A stretch of DNA of 64,000 bases from Kofleriaceae bacterium (GTDB lineage Bacteria; Myxococcota_A; Polyangia; Haliangiales; Haliangiaceae), in NCBI GenBank assembly GCA_046597055.1, contig JBKJLC010000058.1, forward strand, positions 1 through 64,000, read 5' to 3'. This document shows, piece by piece, positions 40,052-49,836 of the stretch. A program made the position numbers and the translations under genes. Under the pieces are notes generated by a model. The model was given only the letters and a program-made list of their open reading frames with translations, did not search any database and was not told the origin of the DNA. Numbering within the stretch: position 1 is the stretch's first letter; each line of letters starts with the position of its first letter.

Positions 40052-40074
40052 TCACGCCACGAAACTAGCTTCGC

Positions 40075-41205
40075 CTACACCGCACGAGCGCGCGCGATGA
40101 TCGCCGGCATCACGGCGAGCACGCGCGCGATCTCGTCGTCGGTGGTCGCCGGTCCCAGCGAGAACCGGACGCCCTCACGGGCGCGCGCGCGCGACAGCCC
40201 GAGCGCCAGCAGAACCGGTGACGGCTGCACCGAGCCCGACGTGCACGCCGCCCCGGTCGAGACCGAGATGCCAGCGAGATCGAGGGCGATCACGACCGCC
40301 TCGCCCAGCGCACCGTCGAAGCCCAGGTTGACGGTGGTCCCGACCCGGGGCGCCTCGCCGCCGTGGACGCGGGCACCCGGAATTGTCAGGAGCCCGGCTT
40401 CGAGCCAGGCCGCGCGACCGGCGATCGCCGCCACCGCTGCCAGCTCGACCGCGCCGGCCGCCGCGGCGAAGCCGACCGCGCCGACCAGGTTCTCGGTCCC
40501 CGGGCGCCGGCCGCGCTCCTGGTGGCCAGCGCCGTGGAGCGGCGCGAGATCGACGCCGGCGGCGACACACAGGGCCCCGATTCCGGCCGGGCCGCCGAGC
40601 TTGTGGCCCGACAGCGCCAGGGTGTCGGCGAGCGCGGCGATCGGCGGCAGCGCGAGGCGCCCGGCGGCCTGGACCGCATCGACGTGCAGCCGGGTGCCGG
40701 CGGCGCGGCAGCGCGCGGCCACCGCGGGCAGGTCGGCGATCACGCCGATCTCGTGATTGACCGCCGCCACCGCCACCACCGCCGCACCGCTGGCGAGGCC
40801 GGCGTCGAGCGAGGCCAGATCGATCCGGCCAGCCGCGTCGACCGCGATCGGCACGACCGCGAAGCCCTCGCCGACGAGGGTGGCCGCGGCGCCATGGACC
40901 GCCGGGTGCTCGCTCGCCACCACCAGCACGCGGGCCGGTGCACCGGCCTGCCGCGCAGCCCGGGCCAGGCCGACCACGCCGAGGAGATCGGCCTCGGTGC
41001 CGCCGCTGGTGAAGATGACCTGGTCGGGCTCGACGCCGGCGAGCCCGGCGACGCCGGCGCGGGCCCGCTCGAGCCGGGTCCGCGCGGCCCGGCCATCGCC
41101 GTGCACCGACGACGGATTGCCCGTCGTCGCCATCACCTCGGTCATCGCCGCGCGCGCAGGCGCGGTCAGCGGCGCGGTGGCGTTGTAGTCAAGGTAGATC
41201 CGCAT
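40075..41205 (-). CDS. Cysteine desulfurase (IscS/NifS family)
   Basis: IYLDYNATAP, GNPSSVH, FTSGGTEA, HVDAVQA, SGHKLGGP, STGAACTSG. Confidence 0.95.
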   Translation of the reverse strand: MRIYLDYNATAPLTAPARAAMTEVMATTGNPSSVHGDGRAARTRLERARAGVAGLAGVEPDQVIFTSGGTEADLLGVVGLARAARQAGAPARVLVVASEHPAVHGAAATLVGEGFAVVPIAVDAAGRIDLASLDAGLASGAAVVAVAAVNHEIGVIADLPAVAARCRAAGTRLHVDAVQAAGRLALPPIAALADTLALSGHKLGGPAGIGALCVAAGVDLAPLHGAGHQERGRRPGTENLVGAVGFAAAAGAVELAAVAAIAGRAAWLEAGLLTIPGARVHGGEAPRVGTTVNLGFDGALGEAVVIALDLAGISVSTGAACTSGSVQPSPVLLALGLSRARAREGVRFSLGPATTDDEIARVLAVMPAIIARARAV

Positions 41206-41240
41206 GGGCGTTTCGTTGACACCGGTCCGGGGGAGCCGAC

Positions 41241-43937
41241 ATGATCCGTCGAGACGCCTCGCCGGTCGACCGGCAGGGTGACGGAACCAACGTGGCCGAC
41301 GATGCCGGAGCGCTGCTTGTTCGAGCGGGCCTGATCACGGCCCATCATCTTGCTGCGGCTCGCGCGGTCCAGGCCCAGGAGGGCGGGACGATCGGTGAGC
41401 ACCTGGTGACCAGCGGCGTGGTCAGCGATGACGGGCTGACCGAGTTCTACCGCAGCCGCCTGCTGGTGCCACAGGTCAACCCGAACACGCTGGCCCGGCT
41501 CCCGGCGTCGATCATCGCGGTGCTACCGCCCGACATGGCGCTCGAGTTCCGGGCGGTGCCGGTCTCGCTCGACAAGGACGGCAACCTGATGGTCGCGATG
41601 AGCGACCCCAGCGATCGCCACGCGGTCGACGAGATCGCGTTCTTCACCAGCAAGTACGTCGTGCGCGCGGTCGCGACCCAGATGCAGATCGCGTGGTGCC
41701 TCGCCCAGTACTACGGCTACGTCACCGAGCTCGGCGAACGGCTGCTGCAGCCGGTCAGCGCGCCGCCCGTGGCACCGACCGCACCGACCGCACCGACCGC
41801 ACCGACCGCACCGACCGCACCGACCCCGCCGCCCACCACGGCGCACGCGCCGCCGACGCGCGCCCACGGCGACACCGCGCGGGTCGAGGCATCGCGTCAC
41901 CGCGTGCTCGCGCCGGTGACCCGGCCGCCGCCCGTGGGGCCGCGCCCGGGCCCGCAGTCGTTGCAGCGGCCGGCGGCCGCGCCACCCGCGACCCTCGGAC
42001 CCGAGGACATCACGGCCGAGACCGACACCATGTCGATGGAGCTGGCCGTCGACGATTCCGGTGACGCCGCGCTCGCGCCACCGCCTCTCGACGCCGCGCA
42101 GGCAAGCGCGACGGCGCAGGCAAGCGCGCCGCCGGCGCCGTCCCAGCCGCCGCCGCTGGCGCGGCCCCCGGCGCCGCGGCCGCAGACCGCGCGGCCGCCG
42201 CCGGACGATCCCTTCGCGCCTTCGGTGGTGGTGTCGGCCGAGGCGACCCGACCGACCCGCCGTAAGCCGGCGCTGCCCGATCCGCCCGAGCTGGCGGCGC
42301 GGTCGGGCGAGCTCGAGGTCCACGGCACCAGCACGCCGCTCGACGCGCCACGCGAAACGGTCGAGATCCATCTCGACGACGACCCGCCGGCCGCGCCCGC
42401 AGGCTGGTCGCGTGGCTCGATCCGCGCGACCTCGCCGCCGCCGGTCGTGCTCGATGTCGACGGCGATCTGTCGCGACCCCGGCCGCTCGCCGATGTGCGC
42501 GAACTGGACGACGACGACGTGGCCTACGTCCACGACGAGGTCGACGGGACCGAGGCGCACCCGATCCTCCTCGAGCGGCCGCGGTCGCGTGGCGACGGCG
42601 CCGGGTCAGGGCCGGTGACGTCCCCGACCGCAGCTCCGGACCGGGACCCGCCGGTCAGGCGGTCCGCATCGACCGCGTCGACCGCGCCGCCGGTCTCGAC
42701 CGCGCCGTGGTCGGACCCGCCGATGGCGTCGCCGGTGCCAACGCAGGTGCTGGACGGCGCGATGCCGCGGCCGTTGCGCGACGAGCCCTCGGGGCCGGTC
42801 CTGCTGCTCGACCGCAAGAAGACCGCCGACCCCGACCCGGTCCCCGCGCGCGGCGGCCCGCCGTCGCGGCGCGTGCGCACCTCGTCGACCGGCGAGCGTC
42901 GCCGCGACAAGCACACCGTGATCGGCATCGGCGCCCTCGGGCCGATCCCGCGCTCGCACACGGCGAGCGTGCCGCCCCCGCACGGCCTGGCCGCGGCGGT
43001 CTCGCCGCAGGTGCCGCTCGCGCTCACGCGGCCGCCGCTCGCCGACGCGGTGCCGACCGCGCTGGTCGACGAGCACGCCGCGACCCGCCGGGTCGACACC
43101 CGACCGCCCTTGACGATCGACGACGACTGGGGCCCGCCCGGCACGACCATCCCACCGCCGTTCCTCGGCGCGATCACGCCGGCCGGCGATCCGGGGAGCG
43201 GGCGCATCCCGCTGGCGCTGGACGAGGTCGACTCCGCGCCGCTGCGGCTCGCCACGCCCGCGCCCCGGCCAGCACCGGCCCCGACCGCACCGGCGGCCTC
43301 GGCGCCACCGCCGTCACGGCCGAGCAACCTGCCGCCACCCGCCACTGCGAGCCCGGCCGTGCCCGCGCCATCGGCATCCCCGGCCCCCGCGGTCCACGCG
43401 CCGACCGGCCCGACCCGCCCGAGCCCGACGTCGCAGCTCCCCGACGCCAACGAGCTGGCCCGCCACCTCGAGCAGGCCTCGGTGCGCCTGGTGCAGGTGC
43501 TGCGCAGCCTCGATCAGACCGACACGCGCGATCAGGCGATCACCCGGCTGATCGACTTCGTCACCGCCAGCCACCACCGGGCCGCGTTCCTCACCGCCAA
43601 GGCCGGCGTGCTGACCGCGTTCGTGCAGGTGCCGGCGGCGCAGGGGCCCCATGCCCAGATGCAACTTGATCGCCCGTCGACCTTCCAGGACGTGATCGGC
43701 ACCCGCCTGCCCTACCGCGGGCCGATCGCGGATCCGCCCAGCCGCGAGCTGGTGAAGTCGATGTTCGGCTCGACCACCGACGAGATGCTGGCGGTGCCGG
43801 TCGCGATCCGCGAGCGCGTGATCGGCATCGTCTACGCCGACGGCCGCCACCGCGACGCGTTCGACGAGCACGTCACGATCGCCGCCCGCGCGGCCGGGCT
43901 CGCGCTCGAGCGCATCCTGCAGTCAAAGAAGAGCTAA
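41241..43937 (+). CDS. MshEN/GspE-N-like domain, long Pro-rich linker, C-terminal GAF-like domain
   Basis: GALLVRAGLIT...IGEHLVTSGVVS, AVPV...LMVAMSDPSD; C-terminal LAVPVAIRERVIGIVYAD. Start may be GTG at 41292. Confidence 0.75.
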   Translation: MIRRDASPVDRQGDGTNVADDAGALLVRAGLITAHHLAAARAVQAQEGGTIGEHLVTSGVVSDDGLTEFYRSRLLVPQVNPNTLARLPASIIAVLPPDMALEFRAVPVSLDKDGNLMVAMSDPSDRHAVDEIAFFTSKYVVRAVATQMQIAWCLAQYYGYVTELGERLLQPVSAPPVAPTAPTAPTAPTAPTAPTPPPTTAHAPPTRAHGDTARVEASRHRVLAPVTRPPPVGPRPGPQSLQRPAAAPPATLGPEDITAETDTMSMELAVDDSGDAALAPPPLDAAQASATAQASAPPAPSQPPPLARPPAPRPQTARPPPDDPFAPSVVVSAEATRPTRRKPALPDPPELAARSGELEVHGTSTPLDAPRETVEIHLDDDPPAAPAGWSRGSIRATSPPPVVLDVDGDLSRPRPLADVRELDDDDVAYVHDEVDGTEAHPILLERPRSRGDGAGSGPVTSPTAAPDRDPPVRRSASTASTAPPVSTAPWSDPPMASPVPTQVLDGAMPRPLRDEPSGPVLLLDRKKTADPDPVPARGGPPSRRVRTSSTGERRRDKHTVIGIGALGPIPRSHTASVPPPHGLAAAVSPQVPLALTRPPLADAVPTALVDEHAATRRVDTRPPLTIDDDWGPPGTTIPPPFLGAITPAGDPGSGRIPLALDEVDSAPLRLATPAPRPAPAPTAPAASAPPPSRPSNLPPPATASPAVPAPSASPAPAVHAPTGPTRPSPTSQLPDANELARHLEQASVRLVQVLRSLDQTDTRDQAITRLIDFVTASHHRAAFLTAKAGVLTAFVQVPAAQGPHAQMQLDRPSTFQDVIGTRLPYRGPIADPPSRELVKSMFGSTTDEMLAVPVAIRERVIGIVYADGRHRDAFDEHVTIAARAAGLALERILQSKKS
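41772..41825 (+). repeat. Perfect 9-bp tandem repeat (GCACCGACC)x6 encoding (APT)6
   Basis: Six identical copies read directly from the sequence. Confidence 0.95.
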
Positions 43938-43978
43938 TTCGCCCGCTGCCGGTCGGCCCGATGCACGCGAACGCCCGC

Positions 43979-45370
43979 TCACAGCGGGCAGAGCGTGGTC
44001 AGCGTGGCGTGGTTGTCGGCCGCGATCGCAGCCCGCGCCGCCTTCTCGACGTCGCCGATCGACTCGTACAGCGGGATGAGCGTCACCAGCAGGCGGCCGC
44101 ACGGCCCGCTGACCTCGCCGACGAATGGCCCGTCGCCGCCGGTGAGCAGGTCGAGGCCCTCCTCGAGCTCGCGCACCGCGACATGAACCTGGCCACGGCT
44201 CACCAGCACCTGGGCCAGGTCGAGGTAGCGGCTGGCGACGTCGTCGGGGTTGCCCTGCAGGATCGCGCTGCCGACCGCCGCGCGCAGCCGACGCTCGCCG
44301 GTCACCCGCTCGCCCGAGCCGCGCGCGAGCCGGCGGCGCGGCCCCGTCGAGACCGCATCGCGCGGACGGGGCAGCTCGATCGTCGTGACGTGGACACCGG
44401 CCGAGCCGATCGGGAACCCGAGCCGCACCGCCGGTGGGTCCACGGTACCGTCGTGAGCCTGGGCCAGGGCCTCCGCGAACTCCTCGGCGCTCGCGAACCG
44501 GTCGGCCGCCACCTTCTGCAGTGCGCGGGCGACCACGGCCTCGATCGAACGCGGGATGTTGCGCTCGGGGCTGCGCAGCGACGGCGGGATCACCACGTCG
44601 TCGAGGTGGCGAACCAGGATCTCGGCCGCGGTGCCACCGCCGAACGGGGTCGCGCCAGTCAGCAGCTCGTACAGGATCACGCCGACCGCGTAGAGATCGG
44701 CGGCCGGGGTCGGCGCTTCGCCGCGGATCACCTCGGGCGCCATGTACTCGGGCGTGCCCGAGATCAGCTGCTCGTCGCAGGGCGCGCCGGCGTCTGCATC
44801 GATCTCGAGCTCGCTGTAGTCGTCGCCGTGATCGTCGCCCCGGCACCCGATCCGGGCCAGGCCGTAGTCGACCAGCTTCACGCGCAGGGTGCCGTCGCGC
44901 GACTCCTCGACCAGGACGTTGTCGCCCTTCACGTCGGCGTGGACGATGCCAGCGGTGTGGGCTTCGCCGAGCGCGGCGAGGATCTGCGCGACCAGCTCGC
45001 TCGCGACCGGCAGCGGCAGCTCGCCGTGCTCGCGCACGAGCTGCGACAGGGTCCGCCCGCGCACGTACTCCATGACCAGGTAGGGCGTGCCCTCGTCGGA
45101 CTCGCCCCAGTCGAGCACCGCGACCGAATTGGGATGGGCCAGCCGCGCGGCGGCGATCGCCTCGGCGCGGAAGCGGCGGGCGATGCGCGGGTCGCGCAGC
45201 AGCTCCTGATGCAGCAGCTTGATCGCGACTGTGCGTGACAGGGCGCACTGCTCGGCGCGATAGACCACGCCCATCCCGCCCGCGCCGATCCGTTCCCCCA
45301 GGACGTACTTGCCGCCACCGAGCGAGGCGCCCGGCGCAAGGTAATCGTCGGAGGGATTCGCGGACATCAC
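43979..45370 (-). CDS. Ser/Thr protein kinase (Hanks type) with helical C-terminal domain
   Basis: GAGGMGVVY, VAIK, HADVKGDN, DYG, GTPEYMAPE, DLYAVG. Confidence 0.95.
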   Translation of the reverse strand: MMSANPSDDYLAPGASLGGGKYVLGERIGAGGMGVVYRAEQCALSRTVAIKLLHQELLRDPRIARRFRAEAIAAARLAHPNSVAVLDWGESDEGTPYLVMEYVRGRTLSQLVREHGELPLPVASELVAQILAALGEAHTAGIVHADVKGDNVLVEESRDGTLRVKLVDYGLARIGCRGDDHGDDYSELEIDADAGAPCDEQLISGTPEYMAPEVIRGEAPTPAADLYAVGVILYELLTGATPFGGGTAAEILVRHLDDVVIPPSLRSPERNIPRSIEAVVARALQKVAADRFASAEEFAEALAQAHDGTVDPPAVRLGFPIGSAGVHVTTIELPRPRDAVSTGPRRRLARGSGERVTGERRLRAAVGSAILQGNPDDVASRYLDLAQVLVSRGQVHVAVRELEEGLDLLTGGDGPFVGEVSGPCGRLLVTLIPLYESIGDVEKAARAAIAADNHATLTTLCPL

Positions 45371-45381
45371 CCCCGAACCAA

Positions 45382-45397
45382 AGCACGAGTTGTGCCC
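45382..45397 (-). promoter_or_regulatory. Putative sigma54 promoter of kinase 1
   Basis: Minus strand GGGCACAACTCGTGCT (GG-N10-GC), 11 nt before the GTG start. Confidence 0.55.
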
Positions 45398-45472
45398 ATC
45401 GGGGATCCGCGGGGTAAATGGCGGTTCAGCGTAAGGATTTCGGGCAGCGCGGCGACTCGCCGGGGGCGCACC

Positions 45473-46852
45473 TCACGGGCGACGAGACGGGTCCGGACCG
45501 GCGTGGGCGAGCGGTTGCGCGACGGTGCGCTCCCCCGCCGCGGCCGCCGCCCGGGTCGCCCGTGCCGGATCGCCCAGCGACTCGTAGAGCGACGACAGCA
45601 CCAGCAGGAGCCGCCGCGCCGGGCCGGTCGGGCCGACGTCCTGCCCGCGCCCGCACAGGAGGACGTCGACGCCCTCTTCCAGCTCGCGGACCGCGACCTC
45701 GGTCTGGCCGCGCTCGACAAGGCGCTCCGCGAGCCTCAGGTACCCGGCGGCGACGTCGTACGGAATTCCCCGAATCATGGCCGCGCCGATGGCGTGCCGG
45801 ATCCGGCTGACGTCGACCGGGTGATGAAGATTCGACCCGCGGGGTGCGCGCCGGCGCACGCTGCGCGATTCTGCTACGTGCGGGTCGGGTCCCCGCCAGG
45901 CCGCGGTGCTCTCGTCGCACGAGATCGCAATCGGCACCGGCTCGTCCGCACGAGCGTCGGGATGCACGTGCAGGACGCTGGCGGCCAGCGCCGCGGCGAA
46001 CGAGCCGGCCCCGTGGAAGCGCGCGCCGGCCGCCTTCTCCAGCGCCCGGGCGATCACCCGCTCGAGCGCGGGAGGGACCGCCTGGTCGTGACGGCGCAGC
46101 GAGGGCGGCACCACCGGATCCTCGAGCTGGCGGAGCAGCACCTCGCCCGGGGAGCCTCCCCCGAACGGGGTGGCGCCCGTGAGCAGCTCGTACAGGATCA
46201 CGCCGACGCCATAGAGGTCGGCGGCGGGAGTCGGCGCGCTGCCGCGGATCACCTCGGGGGCCATGTACTCCGGGGTGCCCGAGATGACGTCGCCGGCGCT
46301 CTGCGCGATCTCGCGAACCGGCTGCGCGCGCGTGACCCGCGCCAGCCCGAAGTCGACCAGCTTGACCTGCTCGACTCCCTCGACCAACTCGACCAGGACG
46401 TTGTCGCTCTTCACGTCGCCGTGGACGATGCCGACGCGGTGGGCGGCGCCGAGCGCGGACAGGATCTGCCCGACCAGGTGCGCGGCCCGGGTCACCGACA
46501 GCGACCGTTCGTCCCGCAGGATCTGCCCGAGCGCGTGGCCGCGGACGTACTCCATCACCAGGAACGGCGTGCCGTCCTCGCGCTCTCCGTAGTCGAGGAC
46601 CGCCACCGAATGAGGGTGAACCAGGCGAGCGGCCGCGATCGCCTCGATCCGGAACCGGTCGGCCACGGTCGGATCGCACGCGAGCTCGCGACGCAGGAAC
46701 TTGATCGCGACCGTGCGCGCGAGCATCGGCTGCTCGGCGCGATACACCACGCCCATCCCCCCCGAGCCGATGCAGTCTCCCAGCTGGTATTTGCCGCCGA
46801 GCAGGCTGCTCGGGCTCGGTTCCGCCACAGCCCCCGTCCCCGAGTGCCCCAT
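45473..46852 (-). CDS. Ser/Thr protein kinase, tandem paralogue
   Basis: GSGGMGVVY, VAIK, HGDVKSDN, DFG, GTPEYMAPE; colinear with the neighbouring kinase, including VAVRELEEG. Confidence 0.95.
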   Translation of the reverse strand: MGHSGTGAVAEPSPSSLLGGKYQLGDCIGSGGMGVVYRAEQPMLARTVAIKFLRRELACDPTVADRFRIEAIAAARLVHPHSVAVLDYGEREDGTPFLVMEYVRGHALGQILRDERSLSVTRAAHLVGQILSALGAAHRVGIVHGDVKSDNVLVELVEGVEQVKLVDFGLARVTRAQPVREIAQSAGDVISGTPEYMAPEVIRGSAPTPAADLYGVGVILYELLTGATPFGGGSPGEVLLRQLEDPVVPPSLRRHDQAVPPALERVIARALEKAAGARFHGAGSFAAALAASVLHVHPDARADEPVPIAISCDESTAAWRGPDPHVAESRSVRRRAPRGSNLHHPVDVSRIRHAIGAAMIRGIPYDVAAGYLRLAERLVERGQTEVAVRELEEGVDVLLCGRGQDVGPTGPARRLLLVLSSLYESLGDPARATRAAAAAGERTVAQPLAHAGPDPSRRP

Positions 46853-46864
46853 GTCGCGATCGGA

Positions 46865-46880
46865 AGCACGCTGTGTGCCG
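46865..46880 (-). promoter_or_regulatory. Putative sigma54 promoter of kinase 2
   Basis: Minus strand CGGCACACAGCGTGCT (GG-N10-GC), 12 nt before the ATG. Confidence 0.55.
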
Positions 46881-46885
46881 TGGGT

Positions 46886-47563
46886 CTAGCGGTGGCGCAG
46901 CCGTGCGCGCGCGGTCGCCAAGATGTGGGCGCCATCACCGATCCAGGCCGCCTCGATCTCGAGGCCCCAGTCTGTCACTGGCTCGACCACCACCGTGCCG
47001 CTGTCGTCGGGCCGCACCTCGACCTCCAGGAACCCGACGTAGCGGCGCAGGTGCGGATCGATCGCCTTGTAGACGGCCTCTTTGATCGCAAACGCGAGGA
47101 TCACCGCGCGGTCGCGGCCCGCGCCGTCGATGCCGCGCGCGTCGAGCGCGGTCAACTCGGCCGGCGTGAGCACCTTGTGGGCGATGTCGATCCGGCGCGG
47201 CTGATCGAGCTCGAGGTCGACGCCGATCGTCCAACCGTCGGCGGGCGCCGCCAGCGCGATCGCGAGCTCGCGCTTGTGGCTGACCGAGCCGACCGCACCG
47301 GCCGGGACCCGCGGCGCGCCGCGATCGTCGGACGGGATCGCCAGCGCGGCCAGCTCGACCGGCGCGGTCACCCCCGCCGCGATCAGCGCGCGGCGCAGCG
47401 CGCGGCGGCCGGCGACCCACTCGCGCTGCCGGATCGGCGCCAGCGCCAGGCCGCGGACGCGCTCGTCCGGATGCAGCTCGGCCCAGGCAGCGTCGTCCGG
47501 TTCGGTCACCGCGACCGCGACGGCGCGGCCGTGCGCGAGCTCGAGGACGCGGCCGGCGATCAC
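46886..47563 (-). CDS. 4'-phosphopantetheinyl transferase (EntD/Sfp-like)
   Basis: RQREWVAGRRALRRAL, GSVSHK, IGVDLE, FAIKEAVYKA. Confidence 0.9.
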   Translation of the reverse strand: MIAGRVLELAHGRAVAVAVTEPDDAAWAELHPDERVRGLALAPIRQREWVAGRRALRRALIAAGVTAPVELAALAIPSDDRGAPRVPAGAVGSVSHKRELAIALAAPADGWTIGVDLELDQPRRIDIAHKVLTPAELTALDARGIDGAGRDRAVILAFAIKEAVYKAIDPHLRRYVGFLEVEVRPDDSGTVVVEPVTDWGLEIEAAWIGDGAHILATARARLRHR

Positions 47564-47581
47564 GGGCGGGTCACGGGCGAA

Positions 47582-48946
47582 TCACGCGTCGGTGACGACG
47601 TCGAGCGTGGCACCCAGGCCGCGCATGACGTCGACGAAGCTGGGGAACGAGGTCGCGACGTTGGTGACGTCCTCGATCCGCGACCGATCGGCACCGGCCA
47701 GCGCGAGCACGGTGGCCGCCATCGCGATCCGGTGATCACCCGCGGCGTCGACCCGCGCCGGCGTGAGCGTGCGGCCGGGCTGACCGGTCACCGCCAGGCC
47801 GTCGGGCCGCGCCTCGACCTCGATGCCGAAGCCGCGCAGCATCGCGACCGTGGTCGCGATGCGGTCGGACTCCTTGACCCGCAGCTCCTCGGCGTCGCGG
47901 AAGATCGTCGTGCCCTCGGCGCGGGCGGCGACCGCGGCCAGGATCGGGATCTCGTCGATCGCGCGCACGGTGACGTCGCCGGCCACCTCGGTCGCGCGCA
48001 GCCCGGGCGCGGGCCCGCGCACGACCAGGTCGGCCACCGGCTCGCCACCGATCTGGCGCAGCTCGCGCCAGGTCACCTCGGCGCCCATCGCGGCCAGCAC
48101 GTCGAGGAAGCCGGTCCGGGTCGGGTTGACGCAGACGCCGGTGCAGACGACCTCGCCGGCGCCCGCCACCAGCGCGGCCGCGATCAGGAACGCCGACGAC
48201 GACGGATCGCCGGGCACGGTCAGGCTGCCACCGGGCAGGTCGAGCGAGCGATCCCACCCGGTCGGATCGAGCACGACCGTGCGGCCGACGGCGGTGATCG
48301 GCGCGCCCATCGCGGCCAGGAGCCGCTCGGTGTGATCGCGGCTGGGCCCGGGCTCGGTCACCCGGGTCGCACCCTCGGCCGACAGCCCGGCGAGGATCAG
48401 CGCGGTCTTCACCTGCGCCGACGCGATCGCGAGCGTGTGGTCGACACCGCGCAGGCGCGCGACCGCGGCCGAGATCCGCAGCGGGGGCACCACGTCGCCG
48501 GCGACCCCGCCCGGTCCCGGCGCGCCGTCGATCCGCGCGCCCATCGCGCGCAGCGGGTCGATCACGCGCTTCATCGGGCGCCGCGACAGCGACTCGTCAC
48601 CCGACAGCTCCGAGGTGAACGGCTGCCCCGACAGCAGCCCGGTCAGGAGCCGGATGGTGGTGCCCGAGTTGCCGCAGTCGATGCCGGCGTCGGGCGCGCG
48701 CAGGTGGCCGAGGCCGGCGCCGTGGACGACCACCACGTCACCGTCGCGCTCGACCCGGGCGCCGAGCTGGATGATCGCGCGCGCGGTGCGGCCGTTGTCG
48801 GCGCCGCCGCCGAGCCCGCTGATGCGGACCGGCGTGCGGGTGAGCAGCGAGAACAGGAGCGCGCGGTGGCCGATCGATTTGTCGCCGGGGATGGCGACCT
48901 GTCCGGTCAGCGGACGATCCGCGGGGGCGACGACGTAGGCGGTCAT
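47582..48946 (-). CDS. aroA: EPSP synthase
   Basis: PGDKSIGHR, DCGNSGTT, SAQVK, SRDHTE, PGDPSS, ELRVKESDR, DHRIAM. Confidence 0.98.
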   Translation of the reverse strand: MTAYVVAPADRPLTGQVAIPGDKSIGHRALLFSLLTRTPVRISGLGGGADNGRTARAIIQLGARVERDGDVVVVHGAGLGHLRAPDAGIDCGNSGTTIRLLTGLLSGQPFTSELSGDESLSRRPMKRVIDPLRAMGARIDGAPGPGGVAGDVVPPLRISAAVARLRGVDHTLAIASAQVKTALILAGLSAEGATRVTEPGPSRDHTERLLAAMGAPITAVGRTVVLDPTGWDRSLDLPGGSLTVPGDPSSSAFLIAAALVAGAGEVVCTGVCVNPTRTGFLDVLAAMGAEVTWRELRQIGGEPVADLVVRGPAPGLRATEVAGDVTVRAIDEIPILAAVAARAEGTTIFRDAEELRVKESDRIATTVAMLRGFGIEVEARPDGLAVTGQPGRTLTPARVDAAGDHRIAMAATVLALAGADRSRIEDVTNVATSFPSFVDVMRGLGATLDVVTDA

Positions 48947-49836
48947 AACGGGGCGACTCCTCGGTTGGCGCGAAAGCGTTCGACGGCACGGGCGAGCCGG
49001 CCGGGGCCGACGATCAGGGCGAGCCGCACGCCGCCGGCCTCGCGGCGGAGGTCGGCCTCGGCGATCGACCTCGACAGGCCGACCGTGCGGATCTCGTCGC
49101 TGCGCGCGACCCGCTGGATCATGCGCGTGATGCCGCGCAGCCAGGCCGGGCGCGCGGCGCGGACCACGGTCGGCTGCTCGTCGGCGAGCAGCGCGACCAC
49201 CGCGAGGTCATCGGCGACGTCGCCCCACAGCGACACCGCGGCCGGGGCCGCGGTCAGGCCCAGCGCGCCGGCCAGCGAGGCCTGCGCGGTGGCGTCGAGC
49301 ACGGCGGTCAGGCGCAGCGACGCGCCGTCGGCGGCCGCCGGCATCGCCCACGCGCGCACCGCCAGCAGGCGGGCATCGGTGGCGAGGCTCGGCCCGCCCC
49401 CGGCGGCGAGCACGAGCGCCGCGGTCTCACCCTCGGGCGCGAGCGCCCACACGCCGTCGCCGAGGTCGAGCCCGATGTCGGGCCGGGTGCCGCCGCTGAC
49501 CATGGTGATGGTGGCCGCCTCGGGGGTACCGACCCGGTACGCGACGAGGATCACGGTGGCGGCGTCGGCGAGCGGCGCGGCGAGCGCAGCGGGCGCGCCC
49601 GGGACCGCGGGCCCCGCCGCCAGGGTTTCGCCGATCGCGGCGCCGACCACCGGGTTGGCGCGCAGCCGCGCCAGGTCGATCTCGACCACGACCTGGGCGC
49701 CGGGCGGCAGCCGCGCCAGCAGCCGGTCGCCGGCGGTGGCCGCGCGCTCGGGCACGAACACCGGGCTCGCCGTGTCGCCCCCGCCGCACGCGGCCGCCGC
49801 GCCGGCGGCGACGAGCGCGAGCAGCGCCCTGGTCAC
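48943..49836 (-). CDS. Hypothetical lipoprotein
   Basis: VTRALLALVAAGAAAAC lipobox; translationally coupled to hisC and aroA. Confidence 0.7.
   Translation of the reverse strand: MTRALLALVAAGAAAACGGGDTASPVFVPERAATAGDRLLARLPPGAQVVVEIDLARLRANPVVGAAIGETLAAGPAVPGAPAALAAPLADAATVILVAYRVGTPEAATITMVSGGTRPDIGLDLGDGVWALAPEGETAALVLAAGGGPSLATDARLLAVRAWAMPAAADGASLRLTAVLDATAQASLAGALGLTAAPAAVSLWGDVADDLAVVALLADEQPTVVRAARPAWLRGITRMIQRVARSDEIRTVGLSRSIAEADLRREAGGVRLALIVGPGRLARAVERFRANRGVAPL

Noticed and set aside
43934..43981. TGA readthrough or selenocysteine at the end of kinase 1
   Set aside because: It would add only ~14 residues, the paralogue ends at a similar point, and no SECIS-like support is visible.
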